DNA of 64,000 nucleotides from NCBI GenBank assembly GCA_000165345.1, contig CM000436.1, positions 928,001 to 992,000 of the forward strand, read 5' to 3'. Shown piece by piece: positions 62,278 to 64,000 of this stretch (position 1 is its first letter; each line of letters starts with the position of its first letter). The notes under the pieces were generated by a model. It saw only the letters and a program-made list of their open reading frames with translations, ran no database searches and was not told where the DNA came from. The position numbers and the translations under genes were made by a program.

Positions 62278-63122
62278 ATGTATGAACTTGGATCTATTAT
62301 AAAACAGTCAAATGGTTGTGAGATATTTAGAACTGTAAATTCTTCAGGTAAGTTACATATATGCAAACCAAATCCTTATAAAATGAAAATTATTTAACTG
62401 AAATTCTTTTTTTTTCAGACCAAACTGGTAATAAAGGCTCTGGAAGTATTGTGGAAGCTCCTGGTTACAGAAAAGCTGATAGAGAAAGTTTAAAGTTATT
62501 AAGGCTGGCAAAACAAAGAATTGAGGCTGATACAAAGAGATTAGAAACATGTAATAAAAGAATTATAGAATTAGAAAATGAGGTTGCATCATTAAGGGTA
62601 CGTAATCATTCATATATATATAGGGAAGGAGCAATAAACCATGATGCTGCAAGCAGAGGAATCATGAACGAAATTCTACCTCCACCAAAAATTTCAGCTC
62701 AGGATTTGACTGGAGGTCTAGTCAGATCATTTTCAAAAGCTCAAAATGACAATAATCTATTTTCTGCTAATAAAGGAGTACTCAATGTTAAATTGGATAA
62801 AGTTGATGAATCTGAAGATACTGGTAATAATACTCATGTCAAACAGGAAGTACTTCAATCCGAGGTTAATAAAAATTCAAGTAGCATTTCTCAAGAAAAA
62901 AACAAAAGTTCTAATGAAATTCATGATCTTGAGGAAGGAAATAGTACTCATAGAAGTCATCATAGTAGTCATCATAGTAGCCATCATAATACTCACCGTT
63001 CTCATACTCAAAGTCATTCTTCAACTCATAGAAGCCATCAATCTGGATCGTCCAATGATCATCATGGCCCTAAATCATCAAAATCTCATTCATCATCGTC
63101 ACATTCTAAGAAAGATAGATAG
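62278..63122 (+). CDS. hypothetical coiled-coil protein with His/Ser-rich tail (gene B), 2 exons: join(62278..62347, 62418..63122) (coordinates +/-1, see findings)
   Basis: ATG at 62278 (MYELGSIIKQSNGCEIFRTVNSS). Donor TTCAG|GTAAGT at 62348. A 70-bp intron (62348..62417) ends cttttttttttcAG at 62416..62417. Phase 1 joins into the frame of ORF 62451..63122, whose own start is GTG. E2F-like tttcccgcc lies 70 bp upstream of the ATG. Confidence 0.5.
62945..63060 (+). repeat. coding His/Ser-rich imperfect tandem repeat (SHHS / THRSH units)
   Basis: Repeated CAT AGT AGT/AGC CAT CAT units encode NSTHRSHHSSHHSSHHNTHRSHTQSHSSTHRSHQS at the C-terminus of gene B. Confidence 0.6.
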
Positions 63123-63465
63123 ATTATTAATATACTAATCATCTAATGCTTGCAGTGGTTATTTTCTGATTATGGAAAATAATATGAAATAATAAATTTA
63201 TTTCATATTAAATTTCTGGTTTTGCTCTATATATTACTAATTGCTATAACTTTATTATTAACATTAATTTTTTGTTTAACTTTTGTTCTTTTCAGGTTCA
63301 ATCAGTAAAAAATAAAAATTCAGTTTTTGCTACAGGATCAGTTACTACATCATGCTCAATATCATCCACAGAAAACGGTAAGTTGAAAAACACATTTAAT
63401 ATAAAAATTTATTATTATTAATTATATTAATTCATTATCAAATTTAATATAGGTATAAGATACAG

Positions 63466-64000
63466 TATGTATAGAGAAAGGATTGAAAAGTTATCAGGAT
63501 GGTTAGAAGATCAAGTAGTTAGTGGCCATGTATTTGAAAAGATGAAGGAAATAAGAAATAGAAGAATCACAGATGCAATGATTTTAAGGCCAAATTTAGA
63601 TGATAACCAAGAAAAGGACAATAGTAATGAGAAAAAAAATATTAAAGGTTTAGGAGAAGGAGAAGAGTTGGGAGCAATGGAAATTTATTTGAATCAGGAT
63701 GCAGAAAGGCGAGCAAGACAATTGATTCAGCGTTCAGGGGTAGTACCAGCTTCAATGGATGAATTGAAGAGACAAAATAGAAGACTTAGTCAAATTACTA
63801 ATGGAAATAATGGTAAACAAGATAAAAATGTTAAGAATGAAGTCATAGAAACATGGTTATCAAGTGGAATGATGCCAGGTGATAATCAGATTGATTTACC
63901 AAAAGAGTATAATGAATGGAAAATGCAAAAAATGGTTGAAAATTTGGCTCCTGATTTGAGATTAAGAAAGAAATTATTGGAAAATTCTTTAAACAAGATA
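63466..64000 (+). CDS. 5'-partial-window gene (3' end beyond window), coiled-coil/charged protein; possible extra 5' exon 63294..63378
   Basis: Open frame with no stop from 63452 to the window end (MYRERIEKLSGWLEDQVVSGHVFEKMKEIRNRRITDAMILRPNLDD...). It is not in the ORF track because no stop lies within the window. Upstream, ttgttcttttcAG|GTTCAA...AAAACG|GTAAGT then aatttaatatAG|GTATAAG is phase-consistent with it. Confidence 0.45.

Overview
This is an AT-rich (about 30% GC) eukaryotic nuclear chromosome segment, not prokaryotic. I found no rRNA or tRNA, and operons and CRISPR are not expected in a eukaryote.

**Organism.** It looks apicomplexan, and specifically Cryptosporidium-like. Evidence:
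- Gene content: a 2,726-aa multidomain acetyl-CoA carboxylase, plus Dim1, UAP56/Sub2, MSH2, a type-I DnaJ with a CaaX box, a Ubc6-type tail-anchored E2, Sec14, eIF2B-gamma, WDR82/Swd2 and SET/NAP.
- Layout: compact genes on both strands with short introns carrying GTAAGT donors.
- Promoters: palindromic TTGGCGCCAA / (T)TTGGCGGGAA (E2F-like) motifs sit 50-280 bp upstream of most start codons. This matches the over-represented upstream motif reported for Cryptosporidium parvum.

**Gene models.** I count about 34 protein-coding genes.
- The ORF track used a bacterial start table (TTG/GTG called as M), so several starts were moved to the first in-frame ATG.
- By reading splice signals and reading frame phase, I propose introns that merge or extend several ORF-track fragments:
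  - 4-exon WDR82
  - 3-exon SET/NAP
  - 3-exon small basic/acidic gene
  - 2-exon AATF/Bfr2 (439-bp intron)
  - 2-exon small membrane protein (56-bp intron)
  - 5' exon added to a membrane GTPase
  - 2-exon coiled-coil gene

**Most interesting loci.**
- A head-to-head pair of secreted patatin-like phospholipase paralogs.
- A membrane-anchored fusion-type (Sey1/atlastin/Fzo-like) dynamin-superfamily GTPase.
- A 2,123-aa type-I membrane giant protein.
- A Cys-cluster / Tyr-Asn-rich protein.
- The E2F-like promoter code itself.

**Caveats.** All domain calls come from motif recognition by eye; no searches were run. The printed sequence and the ORF track disagree by single-nucleotide indels near 62400 and 62700.
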